IMG/VR virus record: IMGVR_UViG_3300033067_000181
Span: 1-64,000 of that record
Strand: one strand, 5' to 3'
DNA length: 64,000 bases
DNA from: a virus
Taxonomy: Duplodnaviria; Caudoviricetes
Shown piece after piece: positions 16,506 through 26,231 of this stretch (position 1 is its first letter; each line of letters opens with the position of its first letter). Made by a program: the position numbers and the translations under genes. The notes under the pieces were generated by a model, which was given only the letters and a program-made list of their open reading frames with translations, was not told the DNA's origin and did no database searches.

Positions 16506-17177
16506 ATGGGACGTCCATTAAAAAAGACATTTTTCGGTTCATTTAACACTGACGGAGTTGGTGGTGAAGGCGTAGCAACAGCTACCGTTGGTACACAAGG
16601 TGAAGGTTACTCTGCATCCACAGCAGTAGTTACATTCGGTGCACCACAAATTGCAGGTGGTTCCGCAGCAACTGGTACCGTAGTTATTGGTAACGTTACA
16701 CTAGGTAACATTGCAGGTGTAACCGTGACTAGTGCTGGATCTGGTTATACATCAGCTCCAACTTTTACTATCACAGGTGCAAACACTACACCAGCTAATA
16801 CTTTTGCAACAACTTTAACAAGTAATGCAGTATTGAATGCTATCAACGCAAACGCTTGGGTAACTGGCGCAACCGTTGGTAAAGCAGCAGACATTGTTAA
16901 ACAAGCAGGATCTCGTTCATTCCGTGTTACAAACGCTGACGGAACAAGCAATTGCAAATTGGTAACAACCGCTGCACCAGCAGCAGCAGGCGAAATGACT
17001 ATTACTGCTACTTTTGCAGACAACAGCACTTTCTCTATTGCTAAAATCACTGAAAACTTGGTATATGATGCAGAAGGTAACGCATACCGCTGGGCCGATT
17101 ACTCTGGTAGTAAGCCTACTTTTGCTACAGCAAGCAATGCCACAGTTCCAGTAACTGTGTCGATTAGCAACAACTAA
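16506..17177 (+). CDS. Virion structural protein (possible head decoration/fibre)
   Basis: Starts MGRPLKK after a strong AGGAG. Thr/Ala/Gly-rich beta-type sequence, followed by a terminator. Confidence 0.65.
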   Translation: MGRPLKKTFFGSFNTDGVGGEGVATATVGTQGEGYSASTAVVTFGAPQIAGGSAATGTVVIGNVTLGNIAGVTVTSAGSGYTSAPTFTITGANTTPANTFATTLTSNAVLNAINANAWVTGATVGKAADIVKQAGSRSFRVTNADGTSNCKLVTTAAPAAAGEMTITATFADNSTFSIAKITENLVYDAEGNAYRWADYSGSKPTFATASNATVPVTVSISNN

Positions 17178-17193
17178 GATTATCTTAGACCAT

Positions 17194-17220
17194 AATAGCG
17201 CCTTCGGGCGCTATTTTTTT
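17194..17220 (+). terminator. Rho-independent terminator with UUCG loop
   Basis: aatagcgcc-ttcg-ggcgctatt followed by a T-run. Confidence 0.9.
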
Positions 17221-17271
17221 GGACGTTGCAGTTTTACATCTAAGATAAATATCTAATAACGGAATTTATAA

Positions 17272-17889
17272 ATGTCATTAAATACACGGTTTAACGGAAC
17301 TTGGAACATTATTGGTCACGAGACCACAAGTAATGTGCAAGTGGCCGCACACTCATTTATTGTTACAGGTAATTTGAAAGTACTTGGTACAGTGTCGAAC
17401 ATTTCATCGACTAATACTCAAATCACCGATAACATTGTAACCTTGAATCAAGGAGAAACAGGTTTCGGGGTTACTCCAGTGTATTCCGGACTTGAAGTTG
17501 ACCGTGGTCAGCTTGCTAAAACAGCATTACGATGGAACGAATCGTTGACTCGTTGGGAATTAACATCTGACGGTTCGGTATACATGCCAATTGTTACTGG
17601 TGTAAAAGGTATCGAGGGTGTATTCCAAGATCCTGCTCCGCAGTTAGGTGGTAACCTAGACGTATTAGCTAGAACTATTTTTAGTTCAAATACTCAGGTT
17701 GTTAAATTTGACACTAACCTTGCAGTTAAAAACACAACAGTTGCTCCAAGTACGTTAAGTGGGTACAACACTGTTTATTCACAAACCCCCAATGGTGGCG
17801 GCAGCGGCTTATTTGTTACAAACACAACCAAACAACAACAAGAACTAATCACAAAGAGTAAAGCAGTATTTTACTCATTGATGATGTAA
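17272..17889 (+). CDS. Virion structural protein (tail/baseplate-associated)
   Basis: ITDNIVTLN...GLEVDRG...LRWNE and PQLGGNLDV modules typical of T4-like fibre proteins. A late promoter lies upstream. Confidence 0.65.
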   Translation: MSLNTRFNGTWNIIGHETTSNVQVAAHSFIVTGNLKVLGTVSNISSTNTQITDNIVTLNQGETGFGVTPVYSGLEVDRGQLAKTALRWNESLTRWELTSDGSVYMPIVTGVKGIEGVFQDPAPQLGGNLDVLARTIFSSNTQVVKFDTNLAVKNTTVAPSTLSGYNTVYSQTPNGGGSGLFVTNTTKQQQELITKSKAVFYSLMM

Positions 17890-17897
17890 GGATTATT

Positions 17898-18206
17898 ATG
17901 ATTACTAGTACACCACTAACAACAACAAACGCAAACATCCTAGCAGGTACTACCACAGTCACTAGAGGCGTTACAGCAATGTATTTGTGTAACACAACTG
18001 GATCGGCTGTAACCGCAAACGTATTTTTAGTACCATCGGGCGGTACACCTGATGCATGTCCGATTTACAATACTTTGTCAATTGCAGCCAATGACACCCA
18101 TGTGTCCGACACTGAACGTATTGTATTAGACGATGGTGATGCTTTGTGGGCCAATTGCAGTGTTAACGGTGCGGTTGTGTTTACTATCAGCTCTACAGGA
18201 GCTTAA
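17898..18206 (+). CDS. Small beta-rich virion protein
   Basis: 102 aa, with a MYLCN...VFLVP...ERIVLDDGD.L.A pattern, in the structural operon. Confidence 0.6.
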   Translation: MITSTPLTTTNANILAGTTTVTRGVTAMYLCNTTGSAVTANVFLVPSGGTPDACPIYNTLSIAANDTHVSDTERIVLDDGDALWANCSVNGAVVFTISSTGA

Positions 18207-18209
18207 TAT

Positions 18210-18638
18210 ATGGCCCGCTTTCTTAAAAACGCACAAATTCGTACAGGTAGCTACGCTGTGCAATTGCCATTGGGTACCAACAGTTTAGGTCCTGATGCTC
18301 CAGTTAACGGCCAAATTCGCTACAACCAATCTAACAATAAGATTGAATTCTTTTATAACAGTCTTTGGAACCAAGTTGCTAAGATTGGTTCTGTTGCTTT
18401 AACAATTGATGAATTCACTGGCGACAATTCAACAGTAAACTTCACAATGAGTCAAAGTGAAAGTGATGCAAAAAATGTATTGGTAACTATTAGCGGTGTT
18501 TACCAAGCACCGGTTAACAACTACACAGTATCCGGCACACAACTATCATTTACAAGTGCGCCACCAGCAGTTGATGCAAGCGGTAACCCAAACAAGATTA
18601 TCGTAGTCCACAATATTAACTCAACTGATGCAGCTTAA
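18210..18638 (+). CDS. Virion structural protein (fibre/baseplate module)
   Basis: GQIRYN..NNKIEFF and FTGD...VLVTISGVYQ.P..Y.VSG..L.FTSAPP modules, also seen in neighbouring fibre genes. Confidence 0.65.
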   Translation: MARFLKNAQIRTGSYAVQLPLGTNSLGPDAPVNGQIRYNQSNNKIEFFYNSLWNQVAKIGSVALTIDEFTGDNSTVNFTMSQSESDAKNVLVTISGVYQAPVNNYTVSGTQLSFTSAPPAVDASGNPNKIIVVHNINSTDAA

Positions 18639-18669
18639 AAAGCTGCTAAATATAGAAACGGAGAGTTAA

Positions 18670-20898
18670 ATGGCTATTGGTAGAATTTCGGGCTCAATGC
18701 TTGTGTCCAACTTGGACAGACAAGGTACTGATCTTCAGTTTACGACCAGCGGCCAGCCTTTGTATTACATGAACTTTAGTCAGTTCCATGTAGGCATTAA
18801 CACAAACGTAACACCACAGACTTTAACTATTGCTGGTAATTTAAGTACCAGCAACATTGTTATTGACGGTAACAGCATTTCGACTAAGAACGGTGAAGCT
18901 ATTAGTATCGCCGGCAATGTCAATTACGACATTGGCAATCTAAATATCGGTGGCGGTTCGGATGGATATGTAATTAGCACAAACGGAGCAGGTGCATTAT
19001 CTTGGCAGAACTTTGCTACCTTAAGCAACTCACAAGGATTCTATGGTAATGCATTTGTTATGGGCACTGCGGCAGCAGGGTCGACTAGCAATGCATTAAC
19101 TTTCTCTGAGACCACATCGGTAACAGATGGTATTGCCAGTCTAAACAGATTGTTAGGTAATATCACCGATGTAGATGGCACACTAATACATGTTGCTGGC
19201 AACATAACAGCGGGCAATGTAAATAGTCGCTTCTACGGTGACATTAATGGCAACATTATAGGCACTACAGGCACCTTTACTAGTGTTAGCGGCACCTTAA
19301 CTACCGCTGCACAGCCGAACGTTACTAGTGTAGGCACATTAACAAGTTTAGCAGTTACAGGTAACGTAACAGCCGGAAACGTAATTAGTACATTCTACGG
19401 TGACCAATTTGGTAACAGTACCGGCACTAGCGGATCATTTACAAACGTAACTGGCACCTTACAAACAGCAGCACAACCAAACGTAACCAGCTTAGGAACA
19501 CTAACTGGGTTAGTGGTAACTGGTAACGTAACAGCAGGTAACGTAGCAGGTACTCAATTCAATGGCAACATTGTTGGTACAACTGGACTTTTCTCGGGCA
19601 ACGTTAATACAGACAACGTCATTGGTACCATTGGCGATTTTACTTCTGTTAACGGTACATTACAAACTGCTGCTCAACCGAATATCACAAGTGTTGGAAC
19701 ACTAACTGGATTGGTTGTTAACGGAAACGTTTCGGCAACACACTTAAATGGACTGTTCCACGGCAATATCATTGGTGGTACAGGCCTATTCTCGTCAAAC
19801 ATAACTACATCCAGCTACGTTGCATTTGGTCCAAATGCAGACTTATTGCAAGCAGGTGTAGCAGCGTTTGTTAATGACAGTTTCGGATTTACTACTCAAT
19901 ACAATTCTGGTGTAGTGTTTACTAACCAGCAAGGTGCAACTACACAGGCTTTGTTCCTTGGTGATACATCGTATGGTAACAACAGCTCGTTGTTGGGCGT
20001 ATCAATTAACAACACTCCGGTACTAAACTTAACTGGTACAGGTAACTTAGCAGTCACAGGTAATGTGTATGCTGACAACTTTATTGGTACACAATTTAAC
20101 GGTAACGTAGTTGGTACACTCATTGGTAACATTAGTGGAACTACTGCAACGTTTACTACCATTGATGGAACATTAACAACAGCAGCTCAACCAAATATCA
20201 CAAGTGTCGGAACACTAACAAGCCTTGCAGTTACAGGTAATGTGACTGCTGGTAATGTAAACAGTACGTTCTACGGTGATGTTCACACCAACAACATCAC
20301 AGGCATTAACGGCAACTTAACTATTACTGTTCCGAGTAACAGTGTTGCAGTGTTCTCGTCTGACCAAGCAGTTAAACTACCAATTGGTGACAGCTATAAC
20401 AGACCAGTTGGTGTAGCAGGTTACATTCGTTACAACACAGATACACTATCTGTTGAATACTTTGACGGCACAAGCTGGGTTCCAGTAACAAACAAAGTTA
20501 CAAGTCAGTCATTTAGCGGCGACGGGGTAAACGATACATACGTGCTAACACACGATGCAAGTATTGAATCCTTGCTAGTAACCATTAACGGTACGGTGCA
20601 GCAAAGCGGAGCCTACACAGTCTCTGCAGGGTACATTACTTTTGCTGAAATTCCACTAGTAACTGATGCAATCAACATTCGTTACTTAGGCGGCGTAACA
20701 TCGTTCAGTGGTGTTGTATCAAATGACTTAACAATACAAGGCAACTTAACGTTAAGTGGTATCTTACAAGCACCACAAACAACCAAAGCATCTAACGCTG
20801 TTGGTACTCCGGGCCAAATTTGTTGGGACGCAAACTATCTATATGTTTGCACTGCACCAAATACTTGGAAACGCAGTCCTCTAACAGGCGGCTATTAA
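18670..20898 (+). CDS. Repeat-containing tail fibre/structural protein
   Basis: Several copies of TL(T/Q)TAAQPN(V/I)TS(V/L)GTLT.L.V.GNV, plus a GYIRYNTD module. Confidence 0.75.
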   Translation: MAIGRISGSMLVSNLDRQGTDLQFTTSGQPLYYMNFSQFHVGINTNVTPQTLTIAGNLSTSNIVIDGNSISTKNGEAISIAGNVNYDIGNLNIGGGSDGYVISTNGAGALSWQNFATLSNSQGFYGNAFVMGTAAAGSTSNALTFSETTSVTDGIASLNRLLGNITDVDGTLIHVAGNITAGNVNSRFYGDINGNIIGTTGTFTSVSGTLTTAAQPNVTSVGTLTSLAVTGNVTAGNVISTFYGDQFGNSTGTSGSFTNVTGTLQTAAQPNVTSLGTLTGLVVTGNVTAGNVAGTQFNGNIVGTTGLFSGNVNTDNVIGTIGDFTSVNGTLQTAAQPNITSVGTLTGLVVNGNVSATHLNGLFHGNIIGGTGLFSSNITTSSYVAFGPNADLLQAGVAAFVNDSFGFTTQYNSGVVFTNQQGATTQALFLGDTSYGNNSSLLGVSINNTPVLNLTGTGNLAVTGNVYADNFIGTQFNGNVVGTLIGNISGTTATFTTIDGTLTTAAQPNITSVGTLTSLAVTGNVTAGNVNSTFYGDVHTNNITGINGNLTITVPSNSVAVFSSDQAVKLPIGDSYNRPVGVAGYIRYNTDTLSVEYFDGTSWVPVTNKVTSQSFSGDGVNDTYVLTHDASIESLLVTINGTVQQSGAYTVSAGYITFAEIPLVTDAINIRYLGGVTSFSGVVSNDLTIQGNLTLSGILQAPQTTKASNAVGTPGQICWDANYLYVCTAPNTWKRSPLTGGY

Positions 20899-20976
20899 TC
20901 CCACTATTACTGAACCTTTGCCCATTTAGGCAAGGGTATCATTTTGGCTAAATATGTTAGTATTGGAGCTTTGGCG

Positions 20977-23900
20977 ATGGCCGTAACCAGAATTAAGAAT
21001 AATCAGATCACAGATTCAACAATCACATACACAAAGATTGCACCTGGAACGCTGGTCGGAAGTAACTTTAACGAGAATTTAACATTAAATTCTAACTTAA
21101 GTATCGTTGGTAACTTAACAATTACAGGGGTGTCAACAACTGTAAGTTCTACTAACACATACGTTAATGATCCGTTGATTGTGTATAACAACGGATACGC
21201 AGGCAACTTGTCAAACTATGACATTGGTATGCTAGTGAACCGCAATCTGTCGGCATTAACTGGATATGGTAACGTAAACACTGCGTGGGTATGGAGTGAA
21301 GCGGAATCGGCATTTATTGCCATTACAACCACAGACACTGGTGCAGGCATTACCAACCTAAATAACAGTGGCTTTGCAAACGTTAAGTTAGGTAATTTAA
21401 CTGCGGTAGCGGCAACGCTCTCTGGAAAAATTACAGCAGCAGAGTTAGCTGGTTTCCATACAGGTACTGCTGATTTAAGCACAGCAGTAGTAACAAATTT
21501 TTCTTCTGGTAATGCACAAATTACCGGGGGCAACGTACAAGGTATTCAATACCTACAAACAACAAACTTTAGTACAGCCAACGCAAGAATTAATGGCGGC
21601 GCAATTAATGCAACTCCGATTGGATCTGATACTCCGTCGGTTGGTATCTTTACTTCGGTAACAGCAAACGAGTCTGACACAATCGGTAATGCTAGTATTG
21701 GCGGCAACCTAAGTATCAATGGTAACTTGTTTGTGGTTACTGGTAATATCACAACTGCTAATGCTGCATTTATGGTTGGTAATACCATTACCGGCTTTGG
21801 TGCAATGTATGCAGGTATTCCGGTAGGGTATAGCATTTTGCCTCAAGTTGTTGGTCAGTTCTCTGAGAACTACAACGGCTATGCTCAGATTAATACACAG
21901 AACATTAACGCAGGCGGTGATGCAACCACTGACTATGTAGCAACAGCCGACAACGGTACTGACTCGACGTTCTATGTTAACTTGGGTATTAACAGTTCTA
22001 ATTATGATCCACTAAGTCCAAACAACAGTCTAGGTACAGCAACTGGTCCAAACGATGCATACCTATACACTCAAGCAAATACATCTGCGTCAAACGGTGG
22101 TAACTTAGTTGTTGGTACAACAACTGACCAACGCTTTATTAGATTTGTAAGTGGTGGCGGAAACATTGAGCATGTGGTAGCCACATTAGCCCAACCTGGT
22201 GTAACATCTACCTCAACCGCATCTGGTGCCTTAGTAGTAGCAGGTGGCGTCGGTGTTGCTGGTAATGTATCGGCAACTGATTTCTACGGTAACTTGGTTG
22301 CCCCGTATGCATTAGTTACTAACTTAGCAAGTGGTAATGCTCAAATCACTGGCGGTAGCATTACTGGTATTACACTTGCTGCCACAACTTTAGTGGCAAC
22401 AAACTTCAGTACAGCTAACGCTCAGATAAGTGGCGGCAATGTGCAAGACATTGGTTATTTGCAAGCCACAAACTTTAGCACAGGAAACGCAGTTATTACT
22501 GGTGGCAGTGTAACGGGCATTACTGGGCAAGCAAGCACATTCACAGCAACTAATTTCTCAACTGGTAATGCACAGATTACTGGCGGTAGTATTACTGGTA
22601 TCACTGGTGCAGCATCGTACTTCACAGCAACTAATTTCTCAACTGGTAATGCACAGATTACTGGCGGTAGTATTACTGGTATCACTGGTGCAGCAACAAC
22701 ATTTGAAGTTGATAACTTCAGTACAGGTAACGCACAAGTAACTGGCGGTAGTATTACTGGTATCACTGGTGCAGCAACAACATTTGAAGTTGATAACTTT
22801 AGCTCTGCCAATGCACAAATTACCGGCGGCAATGTTCAGGGCATTAGTTACCTACAAACAACAAACTTCTCAACTGGTAATGCACAAATTACTGGTGGTA
22901 GCATCACAGGTATTACTGGACAGGCAAGCACATTTACTGCAACCAATTTTAGTTCAGGCAACATTGTTGGTATCTTAACTGGTACTGCGTCAACTGGTAA
23001 CGTTGCTTTATATGAGAACTATACTTCAACATCTACTAACGCAACTTTCTATCCAAGTTTCACAGACAACGGAACAAGTAGCAACAGTGCAGCGTATACA
23101 AACACTTCGTTAACCTTTAACCCATCGACTGGTACACTATCAACTACTTTAGTTCGTGTAACTGGTAGTGACGATTCTACTAGTTCAGCATCCGGTGCTT
23201 TAGTAGTAACAGGTGGCGCAGGCGTAGGTGGCAACTTATATGTTGGACAAAACGTTGTTGTCACTGGTAACTTAACAGTACAAGGCACAACAACTGCAAT
23301 TAATTCTGCAACACTTGATGTTACTGATTTAAACATCACAGTAGCTAAAGGAGCAGTAAACAGTTCAGCCGCTAACGGCGCAGGACTAACAGTCGATGGC
23401 GCTAATGCAACCTTGTTGTATGCTGACGCCACTGATAGTTGGAATTTTAACAAACAAGTTATTGGTCAATTTACAACCAGTAACTTACAAGCAACTGGCG
23501 GAAGCATCACTAACTTTACAGGTGCAGCAAGTACACTGGTTGCTACGAACTTTAGCACAGGAAACGCACAGATCACAGGCGGTAGCATCACTAACTTTAC
23601 TGGTGATGCAACCTATCTAACTGCAACTAATTTCTCAACTGGTAATGCACAAATTACTGGCGGTAGTGTTACTGGCATTACCGGTTCTGCTAGCACCTTC
23701 ACTGCAACCAACTTTAGCTCTGGTAATATTGTTGGTGTGCTGTCTGGTACTGCATCTACTGGTAACGTTGCATTGTATGAAAACTACACTGCAACCACAA
23801 CCAACGGTATCTACTATCCAAGTTTCACTGATCGTTCTACATCAGGTAATAGTGCAGCATATATCACTCCTGGTATCAACTTTAACCCAAGTACAAATAC

Positions 23901-26202
23901 CATTAACGCTACAACGTTTAGCGGAACATTTAGTGGCACTGCAAGTATTACTAGCGGTTCCGTAAATGGTATTACTGGTTCTGCATCTGCGTTTAACGTT
24001 ACTGATTTAACTTCAAGCAACGTTGACATTACTGGCGGCACGATTAATAACATAACCGGCACAGCTCAAATTTTTGGTGTTGCTAATTTAATTGCAACAG
24101 TGGCAAACATTCACGGTGGTAACATTTCTAATGTTGTGATTAATTCGTTCACCACTAATGCTGCTAATTTAATTTCTCCGAATGTTTTCTTAACAGGTGG
24201 CTTTGTAACCAATATAGGTTACATCTCAACCGCAACATTAAGTGCATCTAACGCACAAATAACTAGCGGTAGCATTACTGGGGTAACAAACTTAGAGTCC
24301 TTTAACTTCTCAACCGGTAATGCAGTTATCACAGGCGGAAGCGTAACTGGCATCACTGGTCAGGCTGACACGTTTACAGCAACCAACTTTAGTTCTGGTA
24401 ATGCAGTTATCACAGGCGGCAGCTTAAACAGTGTTACTATCGGGCAAACAACCCCGTCACATGCACACTTTACAGAAGTGTTTGCAGAGACAGCAATTAC
24501 GACAGGCAATGTAGTAATCGATTCTAGCACACCGCTAATTAGCCCAACTAACGCAGCATTAACAGTACCAAATGGTGGTGCAGCTTTTGGTGGCAATGCA
24601 TACATTGGTGGAACACTAAACGTTGGTGCTGACTCTCTACTAACACCTTTGCAAAATACATCCATTGCTGCGGTTAACTCTGCTAGTGACTTTGCACAGG
24701 TTTACATTCTAAACACTATATCAACTGGTTCGGGTGACTTCTCTGCGTACGGAGATAATGGATCTGACACAGGTGGTTGGGTTGACATGGGTATGACTGG
24801 TAGTGCGTTTAACGACCCTGCTTATGAAATTACCAAGTCAAATGACGGATATGTAATTGTAAGACCACAGGCTGGGTTTGGCGGCAACTTAGTATTGGCA
24901 ACCAGTGAAGCAGGAACATATAACGATATTGTTATTGCAACTGGCGGGTTCTTGGATTCACAAGAAGTTGCACGTTTCCATGGTGACGCTAGCAATGGCG
25001 GTTACTTTGCATTAAAACAAGGTACAGCAGCATCAAGCACAACCACTGGCGCATTACGTGTAGATGGCGGCGCTGGCATTACTGGCGATTTATACACTGG
25101 TTCAACTGTTCATGCTGCTGGTACAGTATTTGCCGAAGCAAGCACTGAAAGTTCAAGCACAACCACTGGCGCATTAGTAGTAACAGGTGGTGTGGGTGTA
25201 GGCGGAAATATTTTTGCTGCTAAGGCATTAACTGTTAACAACACCAACACCGCTGGTATGGACTTTAAAGTTAAAGGTACAAATACCGATAACTTGCTTT
25301 GGGCTAGATCCAATGGTTTGTTTGATCAAGTAATTATTGGTAACACAATATCCACTGGGTCTATTGTTAATGGCGCAAAGTTGCAGATTAACAGTAAAGA
25401 CAGTATCTTACTACCAATTGGAACGATTTCTGAACGTCCAAGTTCGAGCGGAGCAACTGATGTACCGGGTATGATCCGTTTCAACACTACCAATGACGGT
25501 GTTGAATGGTATACAGATGGTCGCGGGTGGGTAACACCAACTAGTGAATTTACTATCATTAGTGATAACCAATTTACAGGCACAGGCTCTCAGACTAACT
25601 TCTTATTAAGTAGCCCGCAAACAACCAATAGCTGTATTGTTAGTGTTAACGGGTTGCTACAAAGCCCGGTGCTTGATTACTATGTAACTGATGCAGTTTT
25701 AACATTTACTTCTGCTCCGCCAAACGCAGCAAAGATTGACGTTCGTAGATTAACTACAACTCAAACAGTTATTGCAATCACTGACTCATCTGGTTATAAC
25801 GAAGTTGCAACTGACACAGATGGCGTAACGATTTACAGTGGAACTTCTAGTAAGGTTCCAACACTTAAAGTTGCTGCCAACGGTGCATTGGTAAGTGGGT
25901 TAGGAAACGTTGCTGTTGCTACAGCAAACGTTGAAACAGCAATTGACTCGTTTAGTAAAACAACATATCGCAGTGCGAAGTATTTGGTTCAAGCAACATC
26001 CGGTAGCTCATATCAAACAATGGAAGCATTGGTAATACACGATGGCACTACACCAACAGTAACAACATTTGGCGTAGTATCAACAAATGGTAATTTAGGA
26101 GTTCTAACAACTGGCATTAGTGGCAGCACATTAAGCGTAAACTTTGTGGCTGCAAATAACAATACCAATGTAAGGATAAGTAAACAATACATGTTAATTT
26201 AA
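20977..26202 (+). CDS. Large repetitive tail fibre/structural protein
   Basis: ATG 20977 follows GGAG. Many TNFSTGNAQITGGSITGITG repeats and STTTGALVV.GG.G..GN motifs, plus a C-terminal AIDSFSKTTYRSAKYLVQ domain. Confidence 0.8.
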   Translation: MAVTRIKNNQITDSTITYTKIAPGTLVGSNFNENLTLNSNLSIVGNLTITGVSTTVSSTNTYVNDPLIVYNNGYAGNLSNYDIGMLVNRNLSALTGYGNVNTAWVWSEAESAFIAITTTDTGAGITNLNNSGFANVKLGNLTAVAATLSGKITAAELAGFHTGTADLSTAVVTNFSSGNAQITGGNVQGIQYLQTTNFSTANARINGGAINATPIGSDTPSVGIFTSVTANESDTIGNASIGGNLSINGNLFVVTGNITTANAAFMVGNTITGFGAMYAGIPVGYSILPQVVGQFSENYNGYAQINTQNINAGGDATTDYVATADNGTDSTFYVNLGINSSNYDPLSPNNSLGTATGPNDAYLYTQANTSASNGGNLVVGTTTDQRFIRFVSGGGNIEHVVATLAQPGVTSTSTASGALVVAGGVGVAGNVSATDFYGNLVAPYALVTNLASGNAQITGGSITGITLAATTLVATNFSTANAQISGGNVQDIGYLQATNFSTGNAVITGGSVTGITGQASTFTATNFSTGNAQITGGSITGITGAASYFTATNFSTGNAQITGGSITGITGAATTFEVDNFSTGNAQVTGGSITGITGAATTFEVDNFSSANAQITGGNVQGISYLQTTNFSTGNAQITGGSITGITGQASTFTATNFSSGNIVGILTGTASTGNVALYENYTSTSTNATFYPSFTDNGTSSNSAAYTNTSLTFNPSTGTLSTTLVRVTGSDDSTSSASGALVVTGGAGVGGNLYVGQNVVVTGNLTVQGTTTAINSATLDVTDLNITVAKGAVNSSAANGAGLTVDGANATLLYADATDSWNFNKQVIGQFTTSNLQATGGSITNFTGAASTLVATNFSTGNAQITGGSITNFTGDATYLTATNFSTGNAQITGGSVTGITGSASTFTATNFSSGNIVGVLSGTASTGNVALYENYTATTTNGIYYPSFTDRSTSGNSAAYITPGINFNPSTNTINATTFSGTFSGTASITSGSVNGITGSASAFNVTDLTSSNVDITGGTINNITGTAQIFGVANLIATVANIHGGNISNVVINSFTTNAANLISPNVFLTGGFVTNIGYISTATLSASNAQITSGSITGVTNLESFNFSTGNAVITGGSVTGITGQADTFTATNFSSGNAVITGGSLNSVTIGQTTPSHAHFTEVFAETAITTGNVVIDSSTPLISPTNAALTVPNGGAAFGGNAYIGGTLNVGADSLLTPLQNTSIAAVNSASDFAQVYILNTISTGSGDFSAYGDNGSDTGGWVDMGMTGSAFNDPAYEITKSNDGYVIVRPQAGFGGNLVLATSEAGTYNDIVIATGGFLDSQEVARFHGDASNGGYFALKQGTAASSTTTGALRVDGGAGITGDLYTGSTVHAAGTVFAEASTESSSTTTGALVVTGGVGVGGNIFAAKALTVNNTNTAGMDFKVKGTNTDNLLWARSNGLFDQVIIGNTISTGSIVNGAKLQINSKDSILLPIGTISERPSSSGATDVPGMIRFNTTNDGVEWYTDGRGWVTPTSEFTIISDNQFTGTGSQTNFLLSSPQTTNSCIVSVNGLLQSPVLDYYVTDAVLTFTSAPPNAAKIDVRRLTTTQTVIAITDSSGYNEVATDTDGVTIYSGTSSKVPTLKVAANGALVSGLGNVAVATANVETAIDSFSKTTYRSAKYLVQATSGSSYQTMEALVIHDGTTPTVTTFGVVSTNGNLGVLTTGISGSTLSVNFVAANNNTNVRISKQYMLI
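22318..22960 (+). repeat. Coding tandem repeats with 69- and 81-nt (23/27-aa) periods
   Basis: Near-identical units, e.g. actggtaatgcacagattactggcggtagtattactggtatcactggtgcagca at 22561 and 22642, with a variant at 22723. Confidence 0.9.
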
Positions 26203-26231
26203 TTTAACAGCCAACAGGGATATATGGAACT

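Noticed and set aside
18670-26202. Regularly spaced direct repeats as a possible CRISPR array
   Set aside because: The repeats are in-frame coding units with synonymous variation and no unique spacers. No cas genes are present.
26203-26231. Unusual purine-rich upstream segment (cagggatatatggaact) before the fibre gene
   Set aside because: It is too short to interpret from one window and can be explained as a ribosome-binding region.
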